Assembly: GCA_040285825.1 (NCBI GenBank)
Contig: JAUPSS010000004.1
Span: 1,654,550 to 1,718,549 of the forward strand
Reading direction: 5' to 3'
Origin: Eukaryota sp. TZLM1-RC
Lineage: Eukaryota; Protista; Metamonada: BaSk clade
Length of the DNA stretch: 64,000 nucleotides
A program made the translations under genes and the position numbers. The notes under the pieces are model-generated. The model was not told where the DNA came from. It saw nothing but the letters and a program-made list of their open reading frames with translations, and did no database searches. Below, piece by piece: positions 1 through 13,308 of this stretch; within the stretch, counting starts at the first letter, position 1, and the number at the start of each line of letters is the position of its first letter.

Positions 1-2
1 CT

Positions 3-680
3 TTGCGCCATGCTGTGAATTGCTCTAAATTGATAACTCATCGTTCTTCATTACATGATGCTGTTAGAGACACTGTTTTCAATATGGCACAAACTGCAAG
101 AATATCGTGTATCAAAGAGCACCTGCTGAAGGAAACACTTTTTCTGAATAATTTTGGTTCTGATGATAGAGGTGATGTATACTGTTATTGGATTGATAAT
201 TCTGAAGCTATTGTTGACTTTGTCTCATGTAATGTTGCAAATGATACTTTGGTTCACAGAAGAAAACTTAATCCTGTGGCTCCTCTGGATTTTAAAGCAA
301 AAGAGAGACATAGAAAATATGATAAAGATATTGAAGAGGCTAATGTCGATAGAAATACACAGCTGGTTTTTATTGCTTTCCCATTTTCGATGAATGGAAG
401 ATTATCAGATGAAGCAGAAACTTTTTTGAATGACTTCCAAAAAATGGTGCAAGAAAAAACAATGAAAAGATTTGATATTTTTTATGGCGTTCATGGATTC
501 AATTTGCCATTACTAATAGATTACCACGGTTTTTCAATCGAATAAGAGAAGCTTTAGCTAAACAGCAAGCAGATCAAGATTTTGTAGAGGAAATCTTGGT
601 TCAATGATAGTCGTCCCCTTAGTTATGAGTTAATTTAAGTGTGCAAATTCAATAAATATTCTCTTATTTTTATAAAAAAA
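3..680 (+). mobile_element. 3' fragment of RLE-type (CRE-like) non-LTR retrotransposon, family A
   Basis: Zn-knuckle-like HAVNC..HRSSLHDAVRD, then RGD..VDFV and KERHRKY (PD-(D/E)xK restriction-like endonuclease). Frameshifted near 480. 3' UTR has AATAAA and an A-rich tail. Near-identical copies at 9680-10182(-), 17385-17515(+) and 53031-53352(-). Confidence 0.8.
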
Positions 681-1457
681 TAAGTTGATTCCCGATTGCA
701 TCAATGAAGATCCTACCAGCAGCTCTTGGGTTGAAGAAGAAGTATGTGCTTCAATCAGCTTCTCCTATTTCTACAGCAACACCAGACTCTACATCTGCCA
801 CACCAACACCGGGAACGGTCCAAACTACTACTACAACACCTAAAAAAAGTCAACAGAAAAAGTATTTGCTTTATGCAACTACATTAATAAATTTTCGGAG
901 TGGATAGCAATGTCTTCTACCACTTGTGTATTGGAACATGTAGAATGACTGTGTCGTCCTTTAGGCAGCAAATGTTTTAGATGATTGGCCACATTGGGGG
1001 TTTTAGAACTGTTGATCGATTTCTTTTTGTTCACAATAGAGTCTTTTTCATCTCCATCAATTCGTTTTACAAGTGTCGTATTTGTAAATGTGTCCAGGGA
1101 ACTCAAGATTTGCAATGTTCTGGTGAAATGAAATAGGAATTCATGAAATATCCGGAATGTAATCTAAGGATCAGTTACCAGAAAAAGCTAATTTACGGAA
1201 GTCGGAGAAATTGCTGAAGGTCAACGAACAACCGTCAAGACAAACAAAAGAACGAAAAGTCACAATAAAACTGATTCGTCATTTTTTGGAATACTGTTTT
1301 TTGTTAAATTTTCACTTTGCACCATCACTTGCAGTTAAGATGGTTAATTTTTTAAATCGAAATGTTATGGCTGTTTGGGAGGTCTTTGCCAAAAAGTGGC
1401 GACATGTAAATGAATTTACATGTGGTTTTATTGGTCATGAATATATGACTGTTCACA

Positions 1458-1940
1458 CTAATCAAACTCTTCGTCCTCGATTTCATCATCGTCAGATGCG
1501 TCCATCAACATGGAATCAGCGAGATCTTCCTTGTACTGATTGTAAACAGAATTAACAATGGCAGGATCATCAACAACGGAATAACTTGATGGATCGTTCA
1601 TATCATCAGCTTTCAACACTACTAGTTCTTCACGACGGCGGTCAGGTACTACGCCATAGACTTGCTTTTTGTATACAACAAAGGTCAGGGCATCCAAATC
1701 GAGTGAGTGAGGAGCTGATGCGAGCAATAAATCAGAATCTGCACAAAGTTTGTAGTCGGACACAGTCTTATCCTCATCGAGTAATTCGCCTGAATGAAAT
1801 AATGCAGAATCGGCGATGTCTGCGGTGACTTTATCCAAGATCTTTCCAAGGACACATTCAATAGTGTCAGACTCACTGACTTCGACTTGGACTGACTCAC
1901 CGATCTCATAGCACAGAACGTTTAAAGTGAAGGGAGCCAT
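1458..1940 (-). CDS. Ubiquitin-like domain protein with acidic tail
   Basis: 160-aa ORF. VEVSESDTIECV..KI..LFHSGELLDEDKTVSDYKL matches the ubiquitin-fold pattern; no C-terminal GG. Confidence 0.75.
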   Translation of the reverse strand: MAPFTLNVLCYEIGESVQVEVSESDTIECVLGKILDKVTADIADSALFHSGELLDEDKTVSDYKLCADSDLLLASAPHSLDLDALTFVVYKKQVYGVVPDRRREELVVLKADDMNDPSSYSVVDDPAIVNSVYNQYKEDLADSMLMDASDDDEIEDEEFD

Positions 1941-3449
1941 TGGATAACAGTTTAAGTTACTTCAAAACTAAATTGTTCATCACTGACATTAGTTTCACTA
2001 CCCTCAATAATCTTTTGAGGTTTACTTATTAGATCGAACTGATCAGTGCACTAGTACCTTTAGAACCTCTTCAACAGATGTCACCCTTCCATTAGTGACT
2101 TAACAACATTGGTTTGGGACTATTGTCTCGTGAAGACCTATGATCCCTCTCTTTCATCGATAGTGTCTTCGACCAGCAAACAATTAGTTAGAGTAGAATT
2201 GGTATCTCGATTCCAGAACGTTATGCATTGATTACACTGCCTCAAACCCTACGAACTCCATAGTTAGCCGAACTTTATTGTTGTCTGAATTCACCCTGCT
2301 CCAACAGTTTTTTCTATCTCTCTACTTACTAGACTTTGCGATCATACTCCTATCTGACTTTGTCTTGCCATGAAATTTATCTTTTTTTTTCTTATTTTCA
2401 CTTTTAATTCTTCTTTCTTACATGACTAATTGATTTTATTTTTTTGTAAAGTTTGGAGGACTTGTTGCAAAAATACCAGTGACTTTATCAATTTATTGCA
2501 AAAATACCATACCTATTGCATTTACATCGTTCAATCACGATTCTAAACTTAACAATAAATCAGTTTATTTATAAAGTAAAGATTCTAATAATGAAACTGA
2601 TTACATCACCTCTCCAGACAACCTCTTTGGTGTTTCTTCTTTGCAACATTCGTGATGTTCCAGGCTTGAGATGTGCCATAGTTGATCGATACGAAAATGG
2701 CTGACCTAATGTAAGATGTATTTCGTCTTTTCCTTCTGTCTTTGTTGCTGATGTTACACGTATTTCAACTTTGACTTTGTATGAAATCGTGTGTCAATGT
2801 TAATTACGTGTTATACTTACTTTTATAAGGCACATGATAACATTCTCAATTGATTTTGTATTTATTTGAACTCAACGAGATTTTTAAATTTATAACATTA
2901 AATTGAAAACTTCACTTTTTAAATAAATAATCAAAAAGTATACAATTGAATTGTTGCAAACTAATCAAACAATTGCTGTAAGTGTAAGAGTATCGTTTTT
3001 GATGCGATTTACTGAGGCTCATATGAAGTTCCTAGTTTCGTATGTTGACCAATGGTTGTTTATTACAATCACTGGTCAATTTTTTATGGTCCATTTTGGG
3101 ACAATTAATATAACAATTGTGGTGTTAAAGTCCGTGCTATGGTCATTTGAGTAGTCATTGGTATGATTGGTTGAATGGTCATTGGTATGATTAGGTGAGT
3201 TGCATGTAGTCCTTATGTACTAGATGTGATCAACTTGTGATCAAACTTTGTGTGAAATTGTGTGTGAGTAATGTTGGCTATGTGTTACTTGATCAGTACA
3301 AACTCGTGATTACATATTCAAATGATTTTGTATATATTTGAATTTATTGAGTTTATTAATTATTAATTAATTTATTAATGCATTCTGGATAATATCTAGA
3401 ACAGTAAAAGTTTTTTTTATGATAGTCGTCGTCATAATGAAGAACAACA

Positions 3450-4780
3450 TCGAAAAATTAATTCAACATAACTTTTTTGAAATTTTAGAATCAATATCAT
3501 TCAGAATTTAGCTGAATTTTTTCAATCTAATTTGTATGATTGTGGAATATTGACTATATTGATTGCAAAAAGAACCATCAATTTGTTTTTGTCAAATCAG
3601 CTCAATTCAATTAATTCAGCCCAAGTTAAACATTTTGTCAATCAAGACAAAAGATGCTTTTATAGCTGTGTTGACAATGAACGAAAATTATTTTAGACAA
3701 AGAAATGCTCCCTTGTACACAAAACCATCAGAGAAAGGCGAGTAGATGTATTGAGCACACCTTAGAAACGTGTCAAAACATTTTTCCATGAGAATCCTAC
3801 TGACTCTGTACAAATAAGCATTGGTGACACAATCAAATTTCAAAACACTATTTACCCTAAGAATTTTACATTTTGATATTGAAACTTTGGTGTTGGGTAA
3901 AATGCTCAGTGATGAGATGACATAATTGATATTTCTGCAAGAGAACATTCCATCTCTTACTGTCAATCTACAAGAAAGATTGTTTCAAATTCTGTTTCTC
4001 ATATTTGTAACTCGATGATAGATTGAATTAAATCTTTGTTTTTGTGATCTTGTGAAAAAGTCAACAAGCAGAAATGGACATTATTGTAAAGTTAATGATA
4101 AAAATATCAATTTATTTCATCATTGATCTGAAAATGAATTGCTAAGTTCATTTGAAAAGTTACAAGAAACTTACAATCCTCATATAATATATGGTTTCAA
4201 TAATGTTAATTTTGACATCCCACATATTGAGAAACGTTCTGAAAATGAGGACTTTTTTAACGGTGAAATCGATGCTAGTGATTGGATTCATTATTATAAT
4301 TCAAATTTAATAGAATTGAATCACAAACACTTGAACCCTTTAATTACTGGTCTATTTGTTGTTGATACTTGTAGTATTTACACAAATTACTAAACCACGC
4401 AAATGAAAAACAATTTCTAAAATTTTATTAGGGGAAAGTAAAATTGACAGTGTATTGCAAAGTATTGGAAAGTTCATGAAGATGATCTGTTCTCAGATTT
4501 TTTCTTATTTCAAAAAAGAACTGCAATTGATGTTTATTGTCTGAGATATACAGATTTAACCATTAAGTTACTCCATTTCTTTAACAATGACCATTTCATG
4601 AAAACTGTTAAACATAAACCATATAATGGTTATAAGGACAGTCGAACAAATGTCATCAGAGATCCGAAAATGATTGACGTGATCGATGAGGCAGTAATGA
4701 GGTGTCGGGAAATGTCTATTGATGGTTGAGAATTCATTTCTGGTTACTATTTGCATCTTTTTGACTTGAACCCTAATAAT
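3450..4780 (+). pseudogene. Decayed family-B DNA polymerase (3'-5' exonuclease region), possibly of viral origin
   Basis: ORF 4139-4393 carries the ExoII-like motif YNPHIIYGFNNVNFDIPHIEKR. Flanks are broken by stops and frameshifts. A second copy of part of it lies at 40230-40610. Boundaries are approximate. Confidence 0.6.
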
Positions 4781-4998
4781 ATTTTACCAAAAATTAAACC
4801 AAATTTTGTTGTGACGCTTTTCTTGTGGTCACGTCTCAAAGTGAGGAGGCAGGTTCCTTAGCCCAAAAACGAAAACAGCTTTGCAAAATTCTCGTTTCGC
4901 CCCATTGTTGCAATTCTATCACCAACACTTTAAAAACAAACTTGTTCCAAAAGTATTATCAAGAAAAAGAATAGAATTACACAATTGACAAACAGATT

Positions 4999-6240
4999 GT
5001 GTATTTCAACAATAACATCCTAGACCATTACTCTGATTACATCAATCGGCTTGTTGATATTCTCTATGATGTTAAGAGAAACAATAACGTGCTGAAAAAA
5101 CAGGATAGGAACAATTTTTCATCATTCATCAGCAAAGTTAAATCTTTCTTTCTAAAAGGAGGTGGAAATTTTTACAATGAGAAACAAAGTCTCATCAATT
5201 ACTTCGCTTTTAATTGATGACCGGATCCAACATTTACTCCCCAGTAATTCCAAAAGGGAGAAGTATTCAAAGTTTGATTATTCGTCCAAATCAGATTACT
5301 ATTTGAGAGCAATGTTTTATAGTAATAATTGTTTAGCAGAGGAGGAGAGCAAAGTCCTTCATGCTCTGTCTTTGGAGAATTCTTGTATTCCCTCCTATAT
5401 CAAAATTGACAGGACAAGTTATTGGACTTGTTCTTTGCCGAATACAAGGACGTTCTTGGTTACAAGTCCTCCTACCAATGTAATAATCAAGCTGTCGATT
5501 TTGTTTTATGGAATAACTCGTCCATTTTGGAAATGGACGAGATTAAAAACACTAAACTTTATTCAGAAAGTTCAAGGAATATCATGTCTAGTATCGACAG
5601 CGATGGAATAGCAGTATCATTTATTCAATCTAGAATTGATTGAAAAATACAAGGTAACTGCGAAGGTATTGAAAGACAAAGAAAAAATATATTGATATCC
5701 CCGGAATTAATCCTTCTGAATTTCAAAATATGGTCCTTGCGGCTGCTGATCCAGGGAAATCTGATCTATTTTATTTTTCTGCCAATTTAGCTACTTGCAT
5801 TTAAGAAACCCTGAGAAAAATATAAATATGTTCATTTCAGGTACACTCAAAATCAACGAAGATTTGAGTCGAAAAGTTTTAAATTCAAAAGAATAAGATG
5901 CAGCATACAGAATGAGAGTCTTATCACAATAAGTAAGTCTACTGATAGAGTGATTGATCTATCCAATTATGAACAATATGAAGAACAACAACAAAAGATG
6001 GCTTTAAGGAGCAGTATAGTTAATCAAAATACTGAAAGAACAATTAGTTCATTAAGAGAAAAAGTGCCTCAAAAAATTAATATTCCCCACGAAATTTATT
6101 ACTCATTAAATTTGAGTAATAATGGTCGAAAAACAAAATCTGTAGCAGAATGAAAAGCAATTCTATCCCAATTCTATTCCAAAAGCTGAAAGTTTGATAG
6201 ATTTATGGAGTATATTAAACAAAAGAATAAAAACAATTAT
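4999..6240 (+). pseudogene. Fanzor1 (TnpB-like RuvC nuclease) relic, 3'-truncated
   Basis: Successive frames give SSIDSDGIAVSF, VLAAADPGKSDLFYF (RuvC-I) and FRYTQNQRRFESK, all typical of Fanzor1. Many stops; RuvC-II and RuvC-III are missing. Confidence 0.75.
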
Positions 6241-6544
6241 TTTTGAAACAAAAATATTATAATTAATAATTAATATTATTAACAATGTGCGAAAAGGTTT
6301 TTAACCCTCAACTCCAAGAGGTTTCTCTTTTCTCACATCTTTTTCTATCTTCATTTGTATCTTCCATATCTTTGAATTGCATTATTCCTAGAATTCTACA
6401 TTCGAAATTCTATCGTTTTCGATAATTTCTCTATCTGAGTTCATTGCAGGTACACTTAGAGTGACTGCAGTGGGATGGAAGGACCCGTATTACAAATTGA
6501 AGTGTACACCTCAACTAACCACTTACATAGTTTCTAACCAAATT

Positions 6545-8050
6545 ATTTTTTTTGTAAGTAATTTTATTTATTTTTAAAACTACAAACTAAAAATCAATAT
6601 CTTCAAAACAAGCTTCAACACCATCAAACCATACAACAGGAATGTTTTCGTAATGTTCACTGACAGATTTGCATATTTTTTCCTTTTATACAATTCTGAA
6701 TCATCTAGGGGGAATACGAATTGTGCATTTTTTAAGGCATTTTTTCACGCAAACATCAACTGGTACAACTCTAAGATTCTCGGCAAAAGCATATTTTGTA
6801 GAAAATTCAAAAAACAAAAATTTTTCACCCACCAATGGATGCAGCATTAGTCAAAAACTTTAATGAATTAAACCCAACACCACTAAGCTGAACAGCAGAA
6901 AAATATGATTTTTCAAAATTGATGGATCAACAGACATAAAAAAAGCCAAAAAATCTGTACATATTTTGTTAAATTGTCTACAATAATTGTACGTTAAGAA
7001 TACAGGTAGTGATCGAAGTAAATGGGTATCTTCTCTCTGTATAACATATTTTCAAAAGAAATAACTTAAAATGTTGTTCCAATTGAAGGGTTTCAATTAC
7101 ATCAAGCTCTTTCTTGATAGAATCCAAATATTTATCAAGACTATCAAGTGTCTTTTCGGCAGAACCTAAATAACAACCAAGATAACAGAAACTACTTAAG
7201 GTATATTCAATAAATGATACATTCAGAAAATTAATTATTAGCTTAACATTTTTTCTAGAAATACAAAAAACATTTTTGAACATTCAACTCAAGATCAATG
7301 GATTGATACAATGTAGCAGCTTTATTAGCAACTCTATGAATAGTACTTTCAGGACCAATACAGGAAATGTCATCCATATAGACTACCACTTGAAGGTCAG
7401 AATTTTCTTCTGTTAATTTCTTCAAGATTGGATGAATTGCAAGACAAAAAAAGAAAGGTCCTGAATGGTTTCCTTGTTCAACGTCTGATAATGAGTTAAG
7501 ATTAAAGGAATTAAAAATTAAATCAGAAGAATTACCATAAAACCTTTAAAAAAAGGTTTCGAGTTCAGGAAAATTTGATTTGTTTTCTCTCCAAATTGAA
7601 TCTCATTTCACTGAATTGAAAGCATCTTTGAAATCATGATTAAAAATGCAATTATTTTCGTTACAATTGACAAATAAATCAGATGTTAAAGCTGCAACTG
7701 AGCTCCATCTATGGTTTGGATTCCATATTGGAAGGGAGAAAAGTATTCCCTTGCTTTTGTTGAAATTCTGTTAAAAATAACATATGACATCAGTCGATAA
7801 ATGGCTTCACCAATAGCAATTGGCAAACTTTTCCATTAGGTTCCAAACTATTAAATTGTTGTCTGAAGGTTTCAACGATGCCTTTCTATCTTTATAGCCC
7901 ACACTTCTACTTGTTTTACATGTGGCAACTATGTAAGGACTAACCCTCTATAAATTTGCTGATTTTTTGGACCATTTATCTGACTGAACATTTGTATTCT
8001 TGTTCAATTGTTTTAACAATTGAAACAAAATTAACTGATTTTTAGTGGGA
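6545..8050 (-). mobile_element. Decayed non-LTR retrotransposon with RT core and RLE remnant
   Basis: Minus strand reads PIAIGEAIYRL (~7800), DFKDAFNSV (~7620), EQGNHSGPF..LAIHP (~7450) and VVVYMDDIS (~7380). Region 6660-6745 matches 16640-16715 inverted. Confidence 0.75.
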
Positions 8051-8682
8051 AGTAACAACTGGTATTTAATTGCGAGTTAATATATTCAGAAGCCACTCTT
8101 CCTTTGAACGTTCCTTTGATGTAAAATGATTTGACGATGAAATAATTTGTATTAAATTCAATTTTAGGACGTGAAATAATATTTTGGATTAAAAAATTTG
8201 GATTACTGTGTTTTATATAAAACTACTGATGCTAGTTCGTTTTAAGGCAATGATGATGAAATCTCCAAACAATTGTTTGATAAATTGAATATTATTTCTG
8301 AACAAATTGACCGAATGATGGAATTGGATGTAAGAAAATAGAATAAATTTACAATAGTAAGATTTGAGTTCAATTTAAACTTCAATTGATGGTCTTGGCT
8401 GTTGTGAGTTGGACATATCTGTAAATAAAGTGTATTTTATAACGGGGAGGAATTGTATTCTCTCTTCTTATACTAATAGGCGGGACTAATATACTATAAA
8501 CACAAAGCTATTTAATCGATTTAAGACTGACACAATCATATATTTCGAACCATTAATCCTCTTTACTATACGACATGTGGCCCAAAAGTTTAATGAATCG
8601 CGCGATAAAGTTTTGACACAATTGTTTTTTAAAGTTTCAATTGATAGGGTGTAGAATGAAGACTATGTAAAGGAAGTAGATT

Positions 8683-9565
8683 TGATGTTAGACTTGGCTT
8701 GGCCAAGAAAAAGAATCCCGCTTTTGCAGATCTTTTACAAGATATGTGTGACAGTACTTCTTCTGCCTTAGTAACAACAATTCCTCAAGTTTATGGCACT
8801 CTCTTAACTGATTCTGCCTGGACTTTGAATATGAGATTTCGTGCCTTTACCTGGCCTGATAATTTACCTCATAATTTAATTTGTAAATGTTCTCGAGAAA
8901 TTACAATTACTCATTTGTTAAATTGTAAACATTTCATTACTTTTAGAAGCAAGGTTCACAATGCTGTAAGAGACCAGTTATATTGTATGTGTAAGTCTCA
9001 TAGAATTGAATCCTTTTTGGAACCTCTGTTGTCAAATCTGTTTGATGCTGAAAATGATTTTCATAAGAATAATAGAGGTGATGTAATATTTCCTGGATTA
9101 GATGGAAGCTTCAGTTTATTGGATGTAATGTCTGTTGATCCTTGTAATGCCTCAAATGAAAGGCTTGTTAATTCTGAAATTCATAGTCCTCTTTCAAATG
9201 CTGAAAATTTCAAACTCAAAAAATACAATGAACCTTTGTCCAAATTGGCCAGTCTACAGCATGCAAAATACAATTTGTATCCATTTGTATTTGCTCTATT
9301 TGGTTCACTCGCTACCACGGCTATGTGCTTTTTTGCAGATTTTGAAATGATTGTAAAGAGAAGAACATACAGAAATTTCAACAGATTGTTTTGGAAAAAT
9401 AGATGTGTTTTCTATTTTTCAGGGGATGTTGTAGATGGTTTCTGATGCTTTGCTTTCTCTTGGATCTCATTATGGGTGAGTTGCATCTAGTGTTTTTGTT
9501 TTGGGAGAGATGGATGATTTAGATGTTGATTTATGGGTTTTTGATAAAAAAATATTAAAAAAAAA
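8683..9565 (+). mobile_element. 5'-truncated RLE non-LTR retrotransposon, family B
   Basis: CKC..HLLNC..H Zn knuckle, RGD..LLDV endonuclease motifs and an A-rich tail. Highly similar to 27900-28770. Confidence 0.85.
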
Positions 9566-9679
9566 TATTGGTTGCAGTTGTTAAAACTTTTCTTTTATTT
9601 TGCAACGCAAACGAAACAACTAAACAAAAAACCTAATGTTATTTATTAAACATACACACTTAATCTAAGGTATATAAAT

Positions 9680-10182
9680 ATTGAACATGCACACTTAATT
9701 GAATTAATTCATAACTAATGGGACGACTATCATTGAACCAAGATTTCCTCTACAAAATTTTGATCTGCTTGCTGTCTAGCTAAAGCTTCTTTTATTCGAT
9801 TGAAAAACCGAGGTAATCTATTAATAATGGTAAATGGAATCCGAGAGCGCCATAAATAAATATCAAATCTGTTCATTGTTTTTTCTTGGCCCATTTTTTG
9901 GAAGTCATTCAAAAAAATTTCTGCTTCTACTGATAGTCTTCCGTTTATCGAAAATGGGAAAGCAATAAAAACTGGTTGTGTATTTCTACCAGCATTAGCT
10001 TCTTCGATATCTTTGTCATATTTTTTATGTTTTTCTTTTGCTTTAAATTCAAGAGCACTTACAGGATTAAGTTTTCTTCTTTGAACCAAAATGTCATTTG
10101 CAACATTACATCAGACAAAGTCAACAACAGCTTCAGAGTTCTCAATCCAATCACAGTATATATCTCCTCTATCAACAAAAAC
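9680..10182 (-). mobile_element. 5'-truncated RLE non-LTR retrotransposon, family A
   Basis: ORF 9730-10089 is nearly identical to the ORF at 3-606, with the same 3' UTR. Confidence 0.85.
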
Positions 10183-11419
10183 CTAGAACTCAATATCCTC
10201 AATTCATCTGATCCATGGTGAATCAAATTTTTAGTTAAATCATCTTCGATTTGATTTACATCATTTGCCTAGTAATTTCTGGATTCAGTGTTTTCCTCAA
10301 AATATTCAAGAAATTCCCACCCGATCACTTCCAAATTTACGTTTTTGCTTGAAAAAGCTTCAGCACCATCTGGTTAAATTATATGAAGGCTTGGATTATG
10401 AAGTAAGACTTGGCTTGGCCAAAACTAAAAATCCCGCTTTCAGTAATTTTTTAAAGGATATTCGTGATAGTTCAGCTGCTGCTTTAGTAACTCAAGTTCC
10501 CTCTGTTTATGGACTTTTGTTAAAAAACAATGAATGGCTTCTAAACATGCGTTTTCGTTGTTTTCTGTGGCCAAACAATTTGCCCAATCATTTAACTTGT
10601 AAATGTGGTAAACCTCTTTTGTTTACTTATCTTGTGAACTGTAAACAATTCATTACATTTAGAAGCAAAGTGCATAATAATGTCAGGGACCAAATTTATG
10701 TAATGTGCAAATCATATCGAGTAGATTCCTTTTTAGAGCCGTTGTTATCAAAATTAATTCTTGATGACCCCAATTTTGATAGTACGCGTTACAACAGAGT
10801 TTCTATGGGTGTGACAAGAAGTGATCTGGTTGTTCCCGGTTTAAATGGTAGTTTTACTATTTTAGACGCCATGTCTGTTGACCCTTGTAATTCCTCTAAC
10901 GAACATCTCATTAACTCGGATGTAAATAATCCTCTTTTTGCAGGAGAAAAATGCAAAATTGCTAAATATGCGAAACCCATTTCCTCAGTTAATGAAAATT
11001 CTCATGCCCAATATAATCTATGTGCCTTTGTTTTTTCTTTGTTTGGATCGCTAGGTAAGGCTGCTATGGCTTTTCTTGATGATTTTGTTGTAGTTGTATA
11101 GGAAAGAACTGGAAGAATTTTCAATCGCGTTTACTGGCAAAACAGGATTGTATTTTCTATTTTTAAAGGAATGGTAAAACTAATTTCTGAGTCACTTTCT
11201 TCTTTTGGGAAATTTTCTGAATCTTTAGCAATTAATTGTTTTGATGTAGGGGATGCAGGTTTTGAGGATGTGGAGTTTTAATTGTGTATTTGATGTTTTC
11301 ATATTCGTAACTTCTTTTGGGAAATTTTCTGAATCTTTAGCAATTAATTGTTTTGATGTAGGGGATGCAGGTTTTGAGGATGTGGAGTTTTAATTGTGTA
11401 TTTGATGTTTTCATATTCG
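10183..11419 (+). mobile_element. 5'-truncated RLE non-LTR retrotransposon, family C
   Basis: ORF 10265-11101 has CKCG..YLVNC..H and RSDL..ILDA. Sister copy at 59330-60432(-). Confidence 0.85.
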
Positions 11420-11427
11420 TAACTTCT
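11199..11427 (+). repeat. 112-bp tandem duplication at the retrotransposon/MULE junction
   Basis: The unit cttcttttgggaaattttctgaatc...catattcgtaa starts at 11199 and again at 11311; cttct recurs at 11423. Confidence 0.9.
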
Positions 11428-13210
11428 CGCTACGGCTGTTGGGTCCTCTTGGGTCATTACTTCTCCTCTTCCTAACGATTCCTGGTCTTCTTGCTCGCGG
11501 TGTAGGAATTGGAGTTTGAGTTAGTATATCTGATTCGATTTTGTCATCTAGCGTCTGCTTCACAACCGAATGAAGTTTTATGTCGTCCACTGAGAGTATT
11601 CTTGCACTGTAAGTTTTGAGAAATCTCTGTGTTGAATGAAGTTCAGAACACAACTCAACACCTCTACTTCCTTTTGCTGAAAGAAGTACGAGTAAATGCA
11701 CACACAGAATCCCTTCTTTTTCCAAAGCTCCACATGAGCATTCGTTAGAATCCACATTGACAGTAAGTACAGTGCCGTTCTCTCTCGCTTCAAATTCAGT
11801 TTGGTCCAATTCCACAGCTTTTAAATCTCGAGATTGTAACAGTCTCTGTTCCAGAATATCATTTGCTCTGCAGACAATAGTTGATGATAAGTTTCGTGCT
11901 TCTTTTCTTCTCGTAATACACCATCTCGCCAACATTGACCTAATCGATTCAAACATATTACAATTGGAAGCTGACGAGCTTCTACAATGCACGCATTTAC
12001 ACATTCAACTATGTTGCTGGTAACATGACCACATCTGTTCCCTGGAAATTGATATTCAACCCAATGGTGTGGTTCAGCCGTATTACGGATGTAGTTTGCA
12101 GCAGCTGGACTCACTAACGTCATTTCACGCAACAGTTTCTCGTATTCAACTTTGGAACCGCATTTGGTCAATCGGAATATGAACGGTCGGGCCTTTAAGA
12201 ACCTTTACCGTTGGCATTATCGGCAAGATGCTTTACACAAAATGCATGAGCAGAGGTTTGCAACGTTTTTCCAACAGCCTTGATAAGTCCTTTTTGTCGA
12301 TCAGATATAACAGTAATACCAGTCAAATCAAAAACCTTCTTTAGCTCTTCTATAAACCATTTCCAAGAATCATAATGTTCATTTTCAACTACTCCGAAAG
12401 CAAGAGGAAAAGTATGTCCAGCTCCATCTACTGCTGTGGCAACCAACAAAACACCAAGATATTGAGTCTTAATGTGACATCCATCCAATCCCAACAGTGA
12501 TTTGGTGTATTCAAAGCCTTCAATAGAAGCTTCAAGAGAGAAAAAACATCTATGACAATGTCCTTCTGCATTGAAGTTCACAAAAGCCACGCTTCCTGGC
12601 ATCTTTTCACATATAGCAGAAAAGTAATACGGGAGAAGTCTATAGGAAGATTTCCTGTCACCGTATAAGTAGTTTTGTGCAGCCCTAATTGTCCGTGCTG
12701 CAGATGTACCATTTTTGATGACGGAGCTAGATTTTTCCAACGCTTTGGGCGAAAACAGTCTCTCGCACCTGAAGTCTTCTTTTAAGATGTATGTAATGAT
12801 CTTGGGTGGAAAATAGATCTTCGGAGAGGCAACACATCCTGCTGCATGGTTGACCGCTTTGGTAATACACCAGACCTCAGAATCTATTGGTGCCCTAGCT
12901 ATGATTTTGAACGGACATTCGGAAGCAGTACACCTCACCTCATACCGCGTTTTGTTATCGTTGGGAGCAACTGTGAATTCCTTGTTGTATTGAAGTGCAA
13001 GTTGATGTAAGAAGGTCTGTAAGTCCAATCTCGACTCAAACGTCTTGTGTTCTGTTGCCACCAATGTTGCATCGTTCCTAAGACGTTTAAGATCAATGTT
13101 CATAGGAAATGTGGATTGTGTTGTGAATCTATGAAAGTGTGTGGATTTTGTTTTGCAAGTGTGGATTTTGTTTTATCTTTGAAAAACGTGTGGATTTTGG
13201 AGTTTTTCCT
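11420..13210 (-). mobile_element. MULE (Mutator-like) DNA transposon, 3'-truncated copy
   Basis: LGLDGCHIK, ISDRQKGL, FCVKHL, TSNIVEC and SWIM CSC..CVH motifs. Near-identical to 56422-58190. One TIR at 13105-13210. Confidence 0.92.
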
Positions 13211-13251
13211 ATATTATTTAAAAAAGGGGTAGATGAATGAAAACTCAAAAT

Positions 13252-13308
13252 ACTCAGTCCCTCTCAATCTTCCAAATCTTTCTATTGTTATAGTCAATAT
13301 CTGTAAGA
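13252..13308 (+). promoter_or_regulatory. Shared ATG-proximal cassette, copy 1 (PSMA4)
   Basis: ACTCAGTCCCTCT...ATTGTTATAG-TCAATATCTGTAAGA-ATG; homologous to 26893-26958, 31158-31221 and 44976-45021. Confidence 0.7.

Noticed and set aside
700-1115. Short ORFs, possibly a hAT C-terminal remnant
   Set aside because: No convincing motif; not supportable.
2460-3200. Short direct repeats (TTGCAAAAATACC x2, GTCATTGGTATGATT x2) suggesting MITE ends
   Set aside because: No matching opposite terminus or TSD found.
8219-8229. 11-nt match (AAAACTACTGA) to the predicted guide of the 21636 Fanzor copy
   Set aside because: Too short in AT-rich DNA, and the match does not extend.
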